NCBI GenBank assembly: GCA_043228905.1 | Contig: JBHGNT010000006.1 | Location: 5,208,001 to 5,272,000 of the forward strand | Direction: 5' to 3' | Origin: Azolla caroliniana | Lineage: Eukaryota; Plantae; Polypodiophyta | DNA: 64,000 nt | Shown: piece after piece, positions 41,952 through 55,963 of the stretch | How the letters are laid out: the number at the start of each line of letters is the position of its first letter | Position numbering within the stretch: the stretch's first letter is position 1 | Position numbers and translations under genes: made by a program | The notes under the pieces: model-generated | Told to the model about the DNA's origin: nothing | The model's database searches: none | The model's input: the letters and a program-made list of their open reading frames with translations, nothing else

Positions 41952-44900
41952 ATGGCACTACTTCATCGTCTCGCTCGCCAGACCTTGATCTTTCGTCGCC
42001 TCTCGCATCCTAGCCCCCTCCCTTTCTCCACTGACAGAAACCCTAACCCTAATTCCAATAAACGAGAAGAAGAAGAAGAAGCAGGTTTTTCTATACCTAT
42101 CGTCTCTTACGAGCCATTACCGGAGGATGGATCAATTCCTCCTCCTCCTCGCAGGCGAGACAGAAGAGACGATATAATTATTTCTGCAGACGCGATAGCC
42201 GCAGACAGAGAGCTTTCTCCAAGCTTCTCCTCAAGTGTTATACCTGCTGCGTACGAGGTTAAGCCGAAAGTTGCTCCACTTCCTGAGTATAGACCTCAGG
42301 AAGAAGAACAGGTTTCTTCTATTGACAGGAAAACCCCTGGTCGGCCTAAGATTCCAAGATTCCATAGCTTCGTTGCAGAAGATGACCTTAATATACCTTT
42401 GCCGTCCAAAGTGAAGGTTGAGACCAAGCCTCGCCCTGATCCAATCAGTCTGGTTGAAGCTATTCGCCAAGTCAAGGTACCTTTCGTTTGTATGTCTTAT
42501 ATAGATGCTTGTTTTATTATGCGTCGAACTGGTGATGGAAAGAGTTGCTTGGTAAGGACTCAGAATGTATCCAGAAATAATGGGAAAGAGGTTTATATGT
42601 AAGGATTCTTAGATGAATGTAAAAATGACGATGTGAAGGAGGGCATGTATAAGGATTCTTGGATGTTATAGCAATGATGATGTGAAAAAGGTTATTTGAT
42701 AGAGGATTCTAGTATGTACATAGACGTGGTACTGGAAATGAGGTTCATTGCAAGAAAAGGTTATTGGACGTAAGTAGAAGTTGTGATGGGAAATATGTTA
42801 TTTTTAAGGATTTTTCTATGTATGTACAAATGTTCACTTTTTTATCATATTTTTGCAAAGGTTGACCTTGTGATCCGTCTGTGTTTCACTCTATAACAAA
42901 GTTATTAAGATATGATTAGCACAGGGGCCAGAGGTGTTACTCAATTGAATGGAGGGGCTTTCTCCAAACCCAAAAAAAGCCTTCCAGTTTATTTGTGTTC
43001 GGCTTTGTTTGACGGGCAGGTGTGTGTATCTGCAAATTGCATGAGGCACGGCATACATGCACCCACCTTTATTATCAATGCCAGAGATTTGACTCTATTT
43101 AAAGGATTATTTCTTGAGATGAGGCCCTACATATGAAGTGAGGTTTATCCATGTCCCACGGATGCTATAAAAGGGAAACACTTGGTGTTACCTTTGAAAA
43201 TGCTAGTGCTGTGATTAATGCAGAACCATACAATTGCCACAAAGAGGGAGTGCAACTTTCAAGGTTACTGAGAGGAATGTACAATAGGGTAAATGGCTAA
43301 TATATATTGCAATGAACTCTCAAGTTTATTGCCAGAGTTCAGACCCTAGTCCTCTGGCCTATGCCTGTTTATATGATCCACCATGTGCCAATGATCTTAT
43401 CAATGGTATTCACAGATCCTCTAATGTATAAAAAACTGTATTCTGGTAGCATTCTTGAACTTGACAAGCACTTGCACACTCTTCATGGATAAAATCTTCT
43501 CTTATGTTTTACATATCAGGAAAAAGCAAAAGCTAAGTTTGATGAAACTGTTGAAGCTGCGATTCGGCTGGGCATAGATCCAAAACGATCTGATCAGGTT
43601 TTACTACTTTCCGATGATTAACTTCAGACCATTGGTGCAGTTTGAATTTGATCAAGAAACATGGTCAACGCAAAACATTTCTTTTTTACAGCTAGTTCGA
43701 GGTGCGGCTACTCTACCACGCGGTAGAGGGAAGGTTTGCTGCCTGAACCTTACATGGATAATTCTCCATCATGTGTGCATTGAAGATTAATGCTGATAAT
43801 CTTTGTGCATTCTTTGCAATAGACTGTGAGAGTGGCGGTGTTCGCAGAAGATGATGAAGCTGAAGAAGCAAGATCTGCTGGCGCAGACCTTGTTGGAGCT
43901 GAAGAGCTTATTGATAAGATACTGCAAAGTAAGGAATTCTTACCTTTGGAACCTCAATTTAGCTACTGTATTTTGTCTTTACCAGGGCAGTTATATAACA
44001 GATGATTGTGCTGTGGCACAGAAAATCTTCAGGTGGCGGCAAGCTTGAGTTTGACAAATGTTTGGCTACCCCTGCAATGATGCCCAGGCTTAGCAAGGTA
44101 AGTATGTGCTTAATGTTTTGCAGTGGCGTTTCTAAAAGTCTATGCCACTGTATGCCAAATTGAGTTACATTAGATATCGGATGCAAAATTAAGAGTGTTG
44201 AAGTGCTTTATTCGCTGTTGTATAATCTCACAAAGTCAATTTAGTGTCTTTATCCCTGATGTTGAATTGTTGTTGGCACAGCTGAGAAATATGTGCTTTT
44301 GGTATTAGCAGTCTCCAATATTATGTCTTCTGAATTTTCTTTTGAAGGGAGTTTGTTTGCAAGAGCTGTATGTTCTTGGTTGATTTGTTTCTGATATATA
44401 TTTTTACTAACTTCATGCCATGTGCAGGTTGCTCGGATTCTGGGACCACGAGGTTTGATGCCTAATCCAAAGGTGAATATTTATATAGTTTGACAGTATT
44501 ATTTTGTCATCTGTCTATTGCATTGCTATGTTGAAACGTTTCGGTCCTACACAAATGCGATTGAAGTCTAACTTATGATTGTCAAGGAAGGATAAAGAAG
44601 TAGTAAAAAAATACTGGAGTTCTCATTGAGAATGTGTTCTCACGTACGTGCAATATCGATTATCATTTATTCTTGTCTTATTTATTGGGGGTCTGTTTTT
44701 CGTTGGCATAGAAGCTTAGAAACATAGAATCTAGTCCGGAGTGGCTGTGATCCCCCAACATAACATGCATAATGCCTTGGCTAACATGCAGAAATGTATA
44801 CCATGATTTCTCCATTCCTTTAAATCACTAGAGCTGAAGCTGTGGTCAAGGACCATGAGAATAATCGGGGAAAGTTCAAGGAGACCTGAGGGATTTTCTG

Positions 44901-46059
44901 AAGTGAAGACTTCATGACGGGATGATAGATAAAGGTACAGTCCAATGCATATAGAGACATATGGTGTATTGCATTAGGCAAACACAGCTTGAGGCTATTT
45001 AACATATGTGCTATCCCTGTCATATTTTTCATCAAATATATTGATGCAAATCGCTGAAGGTTCGATTAAATGTGATGTGACCTATCTTGAGATTTTTTTA
45101 GTAAAATGGAAACTTAGGTTCCTTAAAGTAGGCGTTTCTAAATGAAGGTGATATGGAAGGAAAACATTAAGGTCAGAACATTGAAGCATACAAGATAAAA
45201 CATACATATAGGTCGTACGCAAATTTGGAAATTTACTTTATGGAAAATTTCTTTTATGCTTTTTTGTAATAGGTTTTGTTCCAGTTTAATTGCATTTACA
45301 TCATGTTGATGGCATCTCCTTTTATTGTTGAATGTTACTTTGTAGGTTGGTACTGTGACGAAGGACGTAGCTAAGTCAGTAAGAAGTCTGAAGGAAGGTA
45401 GAGTAGATTTTCGAGCAGATAAGACTGGAATTGTACATGCAGGAATTGGAAAGGTGCGGTTTCAATTTGTTTAGTGAAGTGCATATTTTTATCTATACTC
45501 TTGTGGTACACATTCATTATATATTTTCATTCTAAGCATTACTAATGGCTAATTAATCCACCATGAGGGATTGAGGCTGTGAAGAGAATGTGTAATTTTT
45601 ACCAGTTGCTATTGACATTAATTTTTGGAAGAACAATATTTAATAGGTGAGTTTCAATGAGGATGCTTTGCAAGAAAACATCGCAGCATTTGCAAATGCT
45701 GTTCTTGCTGCCAAACCTGCAGGTTTAAAAAAGAGTAAGTAGTAAAAGAAAACATGGGTTCACCCTTACATATCTCTCAACCTTTGTTGCACTTGTGAAG
45801 TTGGTATACTTACATTTTGAGTACACAACTGTTTGCAGCCTCAAAATATGCAGGATATATGCTCACTTTCACAATATCGTCAACGGTAATGACAAAGAAC
45901 TTACAATATGTGCATAAGCTTTTATGATTACTAATAGTTGAACATTATTTTGATTATATATTTCCATAATTTCAGATGGGCCCAGGGATTCGAGTAGCAA
46001 TACCTTCTATTTCACAAGCTGTTGATAACTATTCAAAGATGTTGGGTGTCCCTCAATAG
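41952..46059 (+). CDS. RPL1: Mitochondrial ribosomal protein L1 (uL1m) precursor, 10 exons
   Basis: Exons 41952-42476, 43520-43597, 43692-43733, 43823-43928, 44033-44097, 44428-44472, 45346-45453, 45647-45734, 45839-45885 and 45976-46059. Motifs [33 protein letters not shown] and STMGPG. Arg-rich presequence. Confidence 0.94.
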
Positions 46060-46707
46060 GGAAATATAAAATAATTCACTGGACTACTGCTACATTGATT
46101 GAGGCTCTATTCCTCCAAAGTGACAAAATTGGATTACTTTTTTGTTGAGGAGTTTCTCATAAGTGTGTCACAGTTCTAATGGCCCGCTTAGGTTCTACTT
46201 TATTTGAATAAATTGACTACAGTGTCATGTAATTCTAGTGTTGTATTGCTTTGTGTTAGTACAATCAGAGGTTCAAGCAACATGTCAGAAGTCTGTATAA
46301 TGCTGGAATTTATGACAAGAGACCTGAGCAATATAACAAGGTAATGCTAGTAATTATATGAGAAACAATTTGTACTAACTCTTATCTACAAGCAGTTTTC
46401 GGTGACATGGAAATTGGGAGGAATCAAGCCAAATTTTAGGAAGAGATATGCTGTGTTATTTTCATGAACATTATCAGTTGCAATTTATCTATTAAATTGG
46501 GGCTTTCTTCTTCATCTTCTTCTCTGGTATGTAAACGAAGAGTCGTGGTTTGTGTATAAGGATGTTTATTTGAACATGCTCATTTCCAGATCATATTTTA
46601 CATTTTCATTTTGTAATGCCAAGTTAAAATTTGACCAGCATTTGGTAACACTAAGTTTCAGTTATGATATAATCCACTGTGCCTGCCCTTGATGAAAGAT
46701 ATAAATA

Positions 46708-47019
46708 GGGAAAAGTACCAAGATACCCCTAGAAGTTCGTCTATTTACCAAAATGCCCCTAAAAGTTCCAAATTTACCAAACTACCCCTATGTCCAAAAA
46801 AAATACTTTATAAAGTAATTATACACTCAAATCTTTGGTAAATAGGGCTAGTTCGAGTCCATTTCTTCCATCTTTGATAAATAGGGCTTCTAGATTTGAG
46901 TGCATAATTACTTTATAAAGTGTAATTTTTTGGACATAGGGGTAGTTTGGTAAATTTGGAACTTCCAGGGGCATTCTGGTAAATAGACGAACTTCTAGGG
47001 GTATCCTGGTACTTTTCCC
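46708..47019. mobile_element. Fold-back MITE, Mutator-like
   Basis: ~127-bp TIRs (46708-46834 and 46892-47019) starting GGGAAAAGTACC. AT-rich flanks TATAAATA and TATAAAATA resemble an 8-9-bp TSD. Confidence 0.9.
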
Positions 47020-48567
47020 TATAAAATATCCTCTTATGATTATTTATGCATGAACTAGTTACTAATTTGGAGAATGAGATTTATGTAATGATATTTCATG
47101 CTATAGATAATATTTATCTGTGTCTGATGAGCTACATTGGAATTACTTTTGTGGCAAATAGACCAATTTGGGCACTTGTGTGAACATGTGTTTAATTTAG
47201 GTAAAACTTAGTTTAGTCACTGCCATCATGTGGAATTGGTACTGTAGCTTTTTATTTTCTATGGACAATATTTATTTTCGTTTGGTGAGCCAAAGTACCA
47301 TCACTTTTTGGTCGAATAGCCCCATTTTTGTGTGAGTTCGTGTTTAGTTTAGGTGTAACTTACTTCCACTCAGTCATTACTATTGTGAAATGCACAAAGG
47401 TACACCACACTATCGTAGCTTGTTTTTTTCTTGTATAATGTTTGGAAGTAACCTATTTCCATCCATTACTGTGTGAACAGAGCTACCATGTAGAATTACC
47501 ACCATAGCTAGGCTGTGTATTCGCCTGTGAATGTGCCTCTTGTACCTAGGCTGTGCATCTCCATCTTATTTGATGGATGATAGAGAGCTTTGGTATGACT
47601 GGGTCACTGGATTGTAAACATTTATCGAATTATTTTCATACATAAATATATAGCCATGTAATGCTAGCCATGCAGTTTAAAACACAGCATCAGTGAACTA
47701 CCACAATGCCACATTGTAGATAATCGTTGTTTACAGTATTATGATCATATCATAATAATATATCCATATTCAGAACACAACCATTATGGATATATTTTGG
47801 TTGCTCATTATTGCTCGTGGTCAAGTTCTCCTAAAACCATCATATACATGGGTAAAATAATTATAGCCAGGTTACTCATTGTATCAATGACAGTAGCTCT
47901 AAGATTAAAACATATGGATCAGACTGGAGCCTGTAGATAATTTAATGGATTGATTAATACGAGTTTACTAACTTTACATGATTTTTCTTTTAAATGTGAG
48001 CATGAAGGCAAACCTCCAAGGCCATAAAATTAGCCAATAGAGATATATTGAACTGGTTTATAGATTTTCAGCAAAGCACAAACTTTACTTGTTCGTCACA
48101 AGGATGATAAACCAACAAAAAATCAAATCAGCTCGTTAAGCAATGTTATCCTAATTCAAACAATTTGCTGAATGGCATAGGTGAGTATTTATGGGATACA
48201 AATCTTCCGAGAATACACTACCTTCTTTGGTTTTAATTAAATGTTACAAACCAACCCTTAGCAAATATATGGTCTCCTTTCAATAGAACCAGTCTTTGTT
48301 GCTCATTACCAAACCTATATCAAGTTTAAACAGATTTTTAACAAACCGAACCTGTTGCAACCTGCCCAAATCATTGAAATAATCATTCATCAGCTTGCTA
48401 TAAAAGGCTGCTCTCAATCCAGGGGTGTTGCAATGGCATGTTAGAAGACCCATGCTAATGTCTTACACTGTATGGATGAGTGCATGAATCATTTGAGAGA
48501 CTAAAGATATGGAATCGAAAACTGGCAAATCCTTCTCCTTTATCAACTTTTCCCACTGTTGGAAATT

Positions 48568-51500
48568 CTAGATATCAAGAAGTGCAATACCTGCCTTCTT
48601 CAAATGCGGAAGTACCTTTTCTGCAACTTGGTTGATCTCTTCTTCTCTCTCTTCAAGAAGTTCTTGATAAGCATTCTCCAATTTGCCCTCAGGGTCCATA
48701 TCCACAGCTGCATCGAGATGTGCTGACCCTGCATCTGTTTTCTTGGCTACACCATCATGAGTATCCATAGGTGATTGCTTGACCTTGAACATTACAAACG
48801 TCCGAGAGCTATCATATTCATTTTCTACATCAACCAATTGCTTATGTTTTCCCACGTTGGAACTCTTTGAGCTTCCGAAGACTTCAGTCTTCACAAATGA
48901 TGATATCAAACTCCGGAACACTGCTACAGCTTCATTGCCTCTATGCATCATATGGAGATAAATGAGCACTTGCCAACAGTACAGAAACTGCAGTTTGCAA
49001 ATTTTTAACCCTTGCTTCACTTTCTCAACAAGGTCATGTGATGGCATCCATTCCCGAGGATTTGTGAGGACTGATTGTGGCTTATAATTTAGCAATTTTC
49101 TAAGAACATCATACAATCCTAATCTTACTGGCTCAAATGTTATTAGACGCATTGTATCCATACACTCCCTAACAACTTGTAGATCATTAGATGGCTCCTC
49201 CATAGTAACCTCAAAGCTACCTCGCTCCAATGCTGTTTTGTAAACTGCTTCCAAGAGGTAGACACCATTTTGCTGATGTTGATAAGGGGGAAGAACGAGG
49301 ATCTAAATGCAGCACAACATTTAATCAAAATTATGGAAGATTCTAACAATGGAAGATTAAATTTGATCAGGAGTCTAATATTGATAACTTGCCTGGCTAA
49401 CACGAAGCCTCGTGCTGTCAGGATATCTGAAGAATCTGTATACAGTACAAAAGCCAACTAATCTCCACTGGCTCGCAAGCTCACTTGATTCCTTCTCTAA
49501 GCACACATACACCTCCCACCTCGGATCTTTCTTGTCAATGGGCGTTGCAGCTATTAAGAAACCCTTATATTAGATCTTAAATTTACAGATTACGAAAGCC
49601 CTTAACTCACACAAATTAATCTAGAATAGTTTGTATTTACACCTACCCCAGATATAAATAGAATGCCTAACGGATGAGAAATAGTGAAGGATTTATCAAC
49701 GATATATAATATAAAGAGACTGCCAAACAGATGAAAATAAGAAATTTAAAGAAAAAATAGTAAAGGAAAACTAAATGAAAGGTATGCATACAAACCAAAA
49801 AGTACTATTCATTTCTTGAAATGGAGCAACATTCAATAAGCCAAAAAGTATGATTCATTTCTTGAAATGGAGCAACATTGAATAGACTTGCAGAATTATA
49901 GTTCAGCCTTTTACCAAACAATGATTCAAATCATTGCAACTAAATGATTGCCTAAACAAAAAGTAGACACTAACAGCACGCAACATTAATTTGACTGAAA
50001 TGTTCAATCTGAAATCAGTTTTGCACAGAACAAACTGAATATTCAAATTTGGACGATAGCTCTGCCATTATAGACGAGAAAGGTACACTTCAAAATATAT
50101 CAAGATAAGTTGCATACATCAACTGGAAAACTAACGTATGGGTTTCAATAGTTTGCAGGAGAACCAGGCAGAACAACCATTACCTTCAATGAAAAGAAGT
50201 GCTAAGGGTGTCAAACGTGAGTGCCAGTCATTGACTTCACTCATGGTCAAATCATCCATCAAAAGAATCTGTAGGCAAAAAACGGGATCAATAACTTGAT
50301 CAAACTCATTGTAATGAATATAACATAGTTCACCTCCAAGTTGATGGATAGACTTCATCGTTAGGTTCACTATTGCAAAATCAATAATGCAACTAATATC
50401 TAATGTCATATGTTGAATGTCTATTTCATTGTTAATATACATGCAATGCTATATTTTATGCGAGCATATCTTCACGTCAGGCAAATGTGTGTTGAATATT
50501 CAATTATATAATCTATTACATGTCAATTATTCAAGCAATAATCAGATTTTGGGGAAGTTAACAAAAACTGAGCTCAATGTCCCAAAACCTTAGACATGAT
50601 CATAACCACAGACACACTTCAGCTGCACTTGCCATAGATATTTGGTGCATTGAATCAGATGCTTCTGATGCAAGCAGATAGAGCAGTAAGACTTTAGGCC
50701 CAGATTTCACAAACCAAATGCCTGTATGTTATCCACCATCAGAACCGTTCTTAAACATTTGGACTTTTTATTTGCATTTCTAATGTCAAAATCCCCAAAT
50801 TTTGCACCTCAGGATCATTGATACTCTGATGAATTTCATAACATGGATAAAAAATCCATTCAGATGTGAATTTATTCACATAAAACAACATCCTCTATAC
50901 ATATACAAAACAATATACATACAATATATATCACACAGTTTTAGAGCAATTGTTCCATATGATGTGAACTAGAGGCTTAAAATGACAATATTATGTATGT
51001 TTACTGAATATGAACTAGCTCTTTGAATCCATACAATAACTACTGAGTTTCCAAAAAATTAAACTTTTTACGCCATTAAAATTCCCAGATATAAATTATT
51101 TCTCTTACCTCCTTTCCGACATCAGTAGAATCATGAGCTGCCTTGATCCAGCCTTTATTGGGCTCATTTGACATCTTCCAAGCAAATAACCTCTTCCCGT
51201 GCTGATGGATAACATCACTGCATTTTGCCAATCATTTAATAATAACAATTCATTGAATAAATAATGGATATAACCATAGAACGTAATATACGTGTTCGTG
51301 CAAGCATTCAAACGTTTGAAAATGAACACGTTTGAAATGGGAAAAATGTGTGCTCCTTTTTTTTTATAAATTTCATTTATTGCCATTACAAATAGACTCA
51401 CCCTAGTGATATGTTGTCATGCTACTGCTGTTTATGTCTTGGGTTCGATTCCCAATTTTCTCACCTCTCTCTCTCTAGTGTTATGTCATAGCAAAAATTT

Positions 51501-54500
51501 TATGTTAGTATCATTTTAGTTTTTTTTTTCTCCTTATTATTAGTAATTAACTCAACCTAATGGTCAATTGTCATGCTACTATTGCCTATGTCTTGGGTTC
51601 AATTCCCAATTTTCTCATATCCTCTCTACTCAACCTAATGGTCAGTTGACATGCTACTATTGCCTGTCTTCGGTTCAATTCCAAATTTTCTCATATCCTC
51701 TCTTTAGTGTCATGGCATGGTTAAAATTTTATGTTAGTGTCATGTTCCTTTTTTTTCTTTCTTTGTTATTAGAAATTAGCTCACCCTAGTGGTAAGTTGT
51801 TATGCCACTACTGCCTATGTCATATTTTCTTCATATTCTTGAATATACATTTTATGAGTTTTTGAAAGTTTGATTATAATTTATAATGACATATTTTGAT
51901 TCAATCTCTATAGTTCATACTCATTTTTTTGTAAAGTTCTAAAGTGAGGAGGATAGAGATGTCTTCATTCTTAAGAAGCATCCCAAAGGCATGCATGTGA
52001 TACGATGCAAATATTGCAACCATACTTACGTTGCTGGTTCACAATGGATTAGAGTCCACTTATTGGGGTTGAGAGTGAATCAATATATAATATAGACCAT
52101 AGTCAATCCAAACCAACTTTGAGATTTACAATATACACGTTTGATTGAATCATTCTCGAATGCGAATGCACGTATGTTACGTATGGTTCATTCTATGGAT
52201 ATAACATTGTAAATGCTACAAGGCATACCTCATGGAAGCACTTGATGTCAGTTCCTGGAGAAAAGCTTCCCTATCTTCAATTAGACCCTCCCCTAGCAAT
52301 TCCTAGAAGAACAATTGAATGTAAAAAGATACACTACTTCCATCAATTGGACTCAACAATATTACCAAGTGTTCTTCTTAAAACATCAACTGCAGTCGAT
52401 GGAAATGTTACACAAACAGAAAGGGAGATTTTAAGAGCTTAAAATAGAGATCCACATAAGTACAGACATTTGTATATATGCATGTAGCCCATATGTAATA
52501 TTCTGAGCATATTACCAAAATAAAAGATAAAACCAACGATAGCATCATACTTCAATAAAGACAAAACAATGCCTATTATTTCCATCATAATACCCATATA
52601 TATTGTTGACAATAATCAACATAAAAATAATATTTAAGCAGCTGTTCTAGCCCAGCTTGTTGACCAGAATCAACTGCCAAATACAATTCAGGCTGTTCAG
52701 AAAAGTTTTGGTCCTTTCGGTGTTTGATGGTAATCAAAAGCTTTTTCTATATTTCTAAAGTCTAGGTCATTTCCAGTAACTTTAAAATGAACTCACCTTG
52801 AAAGCTTTCTTCACATCTGTTACTTTCTGCATCCCACCACTTGATTCCTGTATATCTTCCCAATAACTTTTTAGATGGAATCCTTATAATTTAGCTTTCA
52901 GTAGATGGAAATCCTAAATTTGAGGCTTAAAATTATCATGAAAGTTCGACCTGTGTGATTTCACTATGCACTATCTCCACATGAGCATAAAACGAAAGAG
53001 CATGAAACCAGATGATAATCTGCAAATCAATCAGAGAGTTCGCATGAAACCATGAAGTAAGTAAATGGTCTACATTTTACAAAATTTTCATCTACTACCT
53101 TAAGATCCTTGTAGCCAAATATTTTTCCCTCTTCACCAAAAAGGCGCTCTGCAAAATCTGGAGCAAACTCTGGGATTCTTCCCAATCCTTCTTCCATATC
53201 CTTTTGAGAGTGCACTGCATCATTATCAAAACAATTTCAACAGTACAAAAAGAACACCATTGGTACATACAGTCATGACACTGAGGAAAGTAATCAAATG
53301 GAACGAAGTCAAGAGATCTAATTCTAACAGTTGAATTCATATAAATAGGTTTCACAGAAAAAATTGGAATTATACACAGAATTATAGATTCAGATTTCAT
53401 AGTCAAAAACAATTTCATAACACAGGAGCTGGAAGCCTATAGTCTGAATAGCTAAATATTCTATTCTAACATCAACATTAAACCTATCAGACCGTACTCA
53501 TAACATAACACCATCAAAAACTATTTGACATAAACATCATATTCATCAAATTCCTTTTAGGATATTGTTGCTGAATATCAATTTGCACCTAACACATGAG
53601 AGTTTTCAAAAAAAAACTTAAATGTACAGAAGGCGATGATAGCATTATTCCAAGCTATAAGCATAACAGTTGCCACAGGAATGATACCCAAATTTGGCAT
53701 ATCTTGTGGTATTCGAATATAAACACAAGTTAGCATGCATAGCAATCTTATCCCATGAGAAAGTGTCAAATACTACATGCTACAACACATTGACAACTCC
53801 ATGATCTGGCTTTCCAAATACCTATCAAGAATGATTTGGCGACAAAAACATATGAGCATGTGATAAAGGGAGAGCTCAGCACCTATCATATAAAGCCAAA
53901 TGTTCTTTTAACCTATGTTTACTTTCATTTTTCAACATTATATTCAAACCCTTATGGAAGCCATTATATTCCCATGAGAAAGTGTCAAATACTACATGCT
54001 ACAACACATTGACAACTCCATGATCTGGCTTTCCAAATACCTATCAAGAATGATTTGGCGACAAAAACATATGAGCATGTGATAAAGGGAGAGCTCAGCA
54101 CCTATCATATAAAGCCAAATGTTCTTTTAACCTATGTTTACTTTCATTTTTCAACATTATATTCAAACCCTTATGGAAGCCATCATATTCCCATGAGAAA
54201 GTGTCAAATACTACATGCTACAACACATTGACAACTCCATGATCTGGCTTTCCAAATACCTATCAAGAATGATTTGGCGACAAAAACATATGAGCATGTG
54301 ATAAAGGGAGAGCTCAGCACCTATCATATAAAGCCAAATGTTCTTTTAACCTATGTTTACTTTCATTTTTCAACATTATATTCAAACCCTTATGGAAGCC
54401 AGTCTGCTAAGAAGGTTACACTGATATTACTAAACACTGGACCACATCGAAATCCCTTCACAAAGTTCTAATCAGTTGAGTGTAATTTATTCTGAGGTTG

Positions 54501-55963
54501 ATAAAAGTATGATAGAGTAGGACAAACAATGTATGATAGAGTAAATTCTTTGAGTAGAGTGCTCGTAAACCTCTATGTAATGATGCATGGTCTTCTACAT
54601 ACTTTGAAGTTCTCTTTGTGCAAGCAGTTCATTATTGATCTCATTATACAGTTTTTGAGAATCCATCAAATAGTTTGACAATAAGGTTAGTACTGGACTA
54701 TTCAAGAGCAGAATAAATACACCGGTGAATAGAATACAATAAATGCATTTCTTCATTGGTATATTTATTCTGCTCTTGAATAGTCCTGAGTTTGAAAACA
54801 AGATTAGTACGTGCATTGCTATAGTTCATTTCATTACTGTTCACCTTATTCTTCACTTCAAATAATTTAGAGCACAGTTAGTATGTGCACACAAAGAGAA
54901 AGTTCTCACCGAGGCGCAATGTGATGCAGGTATTTGGATCCACACCAACATCTACATGGAGCAAAAAAGAAAAAGCAATGAGAAGATTAAGAAACTGCGA
55001 AGTATACCAATTGACAGCTACTGAATTCAGGGAAATCATATCCAATACAGATTGTGGTACTTACTTGATTCAAGAAAAGATTAAAAAACTGCAGTGAATG
55101 CAGAAGTAATACTTTGATGAGGAAAAAAGAAAAGAAATGATATGACAACACCAATGCTACAAAAGCTACTTAATACAGAAGAAGAAAATATGAGCATGAA
55201 ACGGTCCAGCACAGATGATACTGATTAAAAACTGCCTACCATAGAAGAAGGAAACGTGAACATGAAACGATTCCAGAAACTGCAGATTATAAAGATTGAA
55301 TGACAACTTAATTCAGAAGAAGAAAAATACAATGGACATGAAATGGTGCAGAAACCACAATATAATACAAATTACTTGATTCGGAAGAATAATTATGAAG
55401 CAAGGTATTTAATTCATAAAAGCAAAAATGGACATGAAATATTAAGGAATTGCAGAGAATACAGTTTTAAAACTCTTAATTCAGTAGAAAGGAGAACTGA
55501 AAACTGAAGGCGAAAAAGCCAACAGGAGTTAATGATTAAGAGCTATTCAATTTAGAATAGAAAAAAAGTACAGGAAAAATGTTTTCTTTTTATTCTGAAT
55601 TAAGAAACCCGCAGTGAAGAAAAAAAACGCCTCTTAATTTATTCACGGATACAGATAAACAGCTATGTCAACTCGGAAGAAATAAAAAAATGAACATAAA
55701 ACAGGTGTTCTTTCAAAGCTTAATCACGAAATTCGCAAATAGAAAAGAAAACGTCCGCATCTATAACCATTGATGAAAAGTTAGAAATGCAATGAAAAGA
55801 AGAAGAAAATACATGCAAAATCAGAAGAAGGAAGAACGGATGGAACGAAGCGATGGTGTACTAAGTACTTACTCGCAGAAAAGCATACTTTACGCTGGCG
55901 TTTCGCGGGTTTTGGTTGGATCTCTGAGTCTTCTGTAGGGTGTATGCGGTCGGAAGAATCCAT
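48568..55963 (-). CDS. HAT1: Histone acetyltransferase type B catalytic subunit (HAT1/HAG2), about 10 exons
   Basis: Exons about 55963-55873, 54951-54910, 53215-53099, 53019-52951, 52848-52797, 52303-52229, 51218-51109, 50268-50183, 49551-49393 and 49302-48568. Motifs [52 protein letters not shown] and VTMEEPS. The last intron is GC-AG. Confidence 0.93.
51275..52197 (+). mobile_element. Non-autonomous hAT element in a HAT1 intron
   Basis: Perfect 8-bp TSD GATATAAC (51267-51274 and 52198-52205). Termini CATAGAA...TTCTATG. BED zinc-finger remnant IRCKYCNHTYVAGSQWIRVHLLG at 51961-52080. Internal degenerate repeats at 51400-51830. Confidence 0.88.
53751..54400. repeat. 219-bp tandem repeat x3 in a HAT1 intron
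   Basis: Nearly identical units start at 53751, 53970 and 54189. Confidence 0.97.
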
